DNA from: Eledone cirrhosa
Lineage: Eukaryota
Assembly: GCA_964016885.1 (NCBI GenBank)
Contig: OZ024760.1
Location: 9,734,001-9,798,000 of the forward strand
Direction of reading: 5' to 3'
DNA length: 64,000 nt
Shown: piece by piece, positions 61,749-64,000 of the stretch
Numbering within the stretch: position 1 is the stretch's first letter
How the letters are laid out: each line of letters begins with the position of its first letter
Translations under genes and position numbers: made by a program
Notes under the pieces: model-generated
What the model was told of the DNA's origin: nothing
Database searches by the model: none
The model's input: only the letters and a program-made list of their open reading frames with translations

Positions 61749-64000
61749 TGTGGCACCCACAGACCAACTGTGGCACCCACAGACCAACAGTGGCACCCAC
61801 AACCAACAGTGGCACCCACAGACCAACAGTGGCACCCACAACCACCAGTGGCACCCACAGACACCCACAGACCAACAATGACACCCACAACCAACAGTAG
61901 CACCCACAGACCAACAATGGCACCTACAACCAACAGTGGCACCCACAGACCAACAATGGCACCTACAACCAACAGTGGCACCCACAGACCAACAATGGCA
62001 CCCACAACCAACAGTGGCACCCACAGACCAACAGTGGCACCCACAACCACCAGTGGCACCCACAGACACCCACAGACCAACAATGACACCCACAACCAAC
62101 AGTGGCACCCACAGACCAACAATGGCACCCACAACCAACAGTAGCACCCACAGACCAACAATGGCACCCACAACCAACAGTGGCACCCACAGACCAACAG
62201 TGGCACCCACAACCAACAATGGCACCCTCAGACCAACAGTGGCACCCACAACCACCAGTGGCACCCACAGACACCCACAGACCAACAATGACACCCACAA
62301 CCACCAGTGGCACCCACAGACCAACAATGGCACCCACAACCAACAGTGGCACCCACAGACCAACAGTGGCACCCACAACCACCAGTGGCACCCACAGACA
62401 CCCACAGACCAACAATGACACCCACAACCAACAGTGGCACCCACAGACCAACAATGGCACCCACAACCAACAGTAGCACCCACAGACCAACAATGGCACC
62501 CACAACCAACAGTGGCACCCACAGACCAACAATGGCACCCACAACCAACAATGGCACCCACAGACCAACAGTGGCACCCACAACCACCAGTGGCACCCAC
62601 AGACACCCACAGACCAACAATGACACCCACAACCAACAGTGGCACCCACAGACCAACAATGGCACCCACAACCAACAGTGGCACCCACAGACCAACAATG
62701 GCACCTACAACCAACAGTGGCACCCACAACCAACAGTGGCACCCACAGACCAACAATGGCACCTACAACCAACAGTGGCACCTACAACCAACAGTGGCAC
62801 CCACAACCAACAGTGGCACCTACAACCAACAGTGGCACCCACAGACCAACAATGACACCCACAACCAACAGTGGCACCTACAACCAACAGTGGCACCTAC
62901 AACCAACAGTGGCACCCACAGACCAACAATGACACCCACAACCAACAGTGGCACCTACAACCAACAGTGGCACCCACAACCAACAGTGGCACCTACAACC
63001 AACAGTGGCACCCACAGACCAACAATGACACCCACAACCAACAGTGGCACCTACAACCAACAGTGGCACCTACAACCAACAGTGGCACCCACAGACCAAC
63101 AATGGCACCTACAACCAACAGTGGCACCTACAACCAACAGTGGCACCCACAGACCAACAATGGCACCTACAACCAACAGTGGCACCTACAACCAACAGTG
63201 GCACCTACAACCAACAGTGGCACCCACAGACCAACAATGACACCCACAACCAACAGTGGCACCTACAACCAACAGTGGCACCTACAACCAACAGTGGCAC
63301 CCACAGACCAACAATAACACCCACAACCAACAGTGGCACCCACAACCAACAGTGGCACCTACAACCAACAGTGGCACCCACAGACCAACAATGACACCCA
63401 CAACCAACAGTGGCACCCACAACCAACAGTGGCACCTACAACCAACAGTGGCACCCACAGACCAACAATGGCACCCACAACCAACAGTGGCACCCACAGA
63501 CCAACAGTGGCACCTACAACCAACAATGGCACCCACAACCAACAGTGGCACCCACAGACCAACAATGGCACCCACAACCAACTGTGGCACCCACAGACCA
63601 ACAGTGGCACCCACAGACCAACAATGGCACCCACAGACCAACTGTGGCACCCACAGACCAACAATGGCACCCACAGACCAACTGTGGCACCCACAACCAA
63701 CAGTGGCACCCACAGACCAACAATGGCACCCACAGACCAACAATGGCACCCACAGACCAACAGTGGCACCCACAGACCAACTGTGGCACCCACAGACCAA
63801 CAGTGGCACCCACAGACCAACAATGGCACCTACAACCAACAGTGGCACCCACAGACCAACAATGGCACCCACAACCAACAATGGCACCCACAGACCAACA
63901 ATGGCACCCACAACCAACAGTGGCACCCACAGACCAACAGTGGCACCTACAACCAACAGTGGCACCCACAGACCAACAATGGCACCCACAACCAACAGTG
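61749..64000. repeat. 19/20-bp minisatellite running off the window end
   Basis: TGGCACCCACA(G)ACCAACAG variants. Confidence 0.95.

Overview
This is AT-rich, extremely repeat-dense animal DNA. The SINE, RTE-LINE and microsatellite landscape is typical of an octopod cephalopod (inferred, not proven). Nearly all ORFs in the supplied track are microsatellite or satellite artefacts. The only recognisable host coding sequence is exon 1 of a HINT3-like histidine-triad gene (53647-53751, +). A probable spliced, apparently non-coding transcript runs on the minus strand from a promoter at about 39.9 kb, and both putative promoters share an identical 13-bp motif followed by a YY1-like site. The most striking hidden structure is a population of short non-coding elements, nearly all embedded in (TA)n tracts, that carry type I hammerhead ribozymes. 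Eight copies have an intact catalytic core, one has a single core substitution, and several are halves or degenerate. Most are folded back into head-to-head palindromes. A Penelope-like GIY-YIG endonuclease remnant in the same window (31.3-31.9 kb) represents the likely mobilising class. The window also shows satellites arising from transposons (a CR1/L2 C-terminus, SINE heads and tails, a Helitron interior), a twin-primed RTE-like LINE, and GATA-associated Tx1-like LINEs. All coordinates and pairings were read by eye, so element boundaries are approximate.
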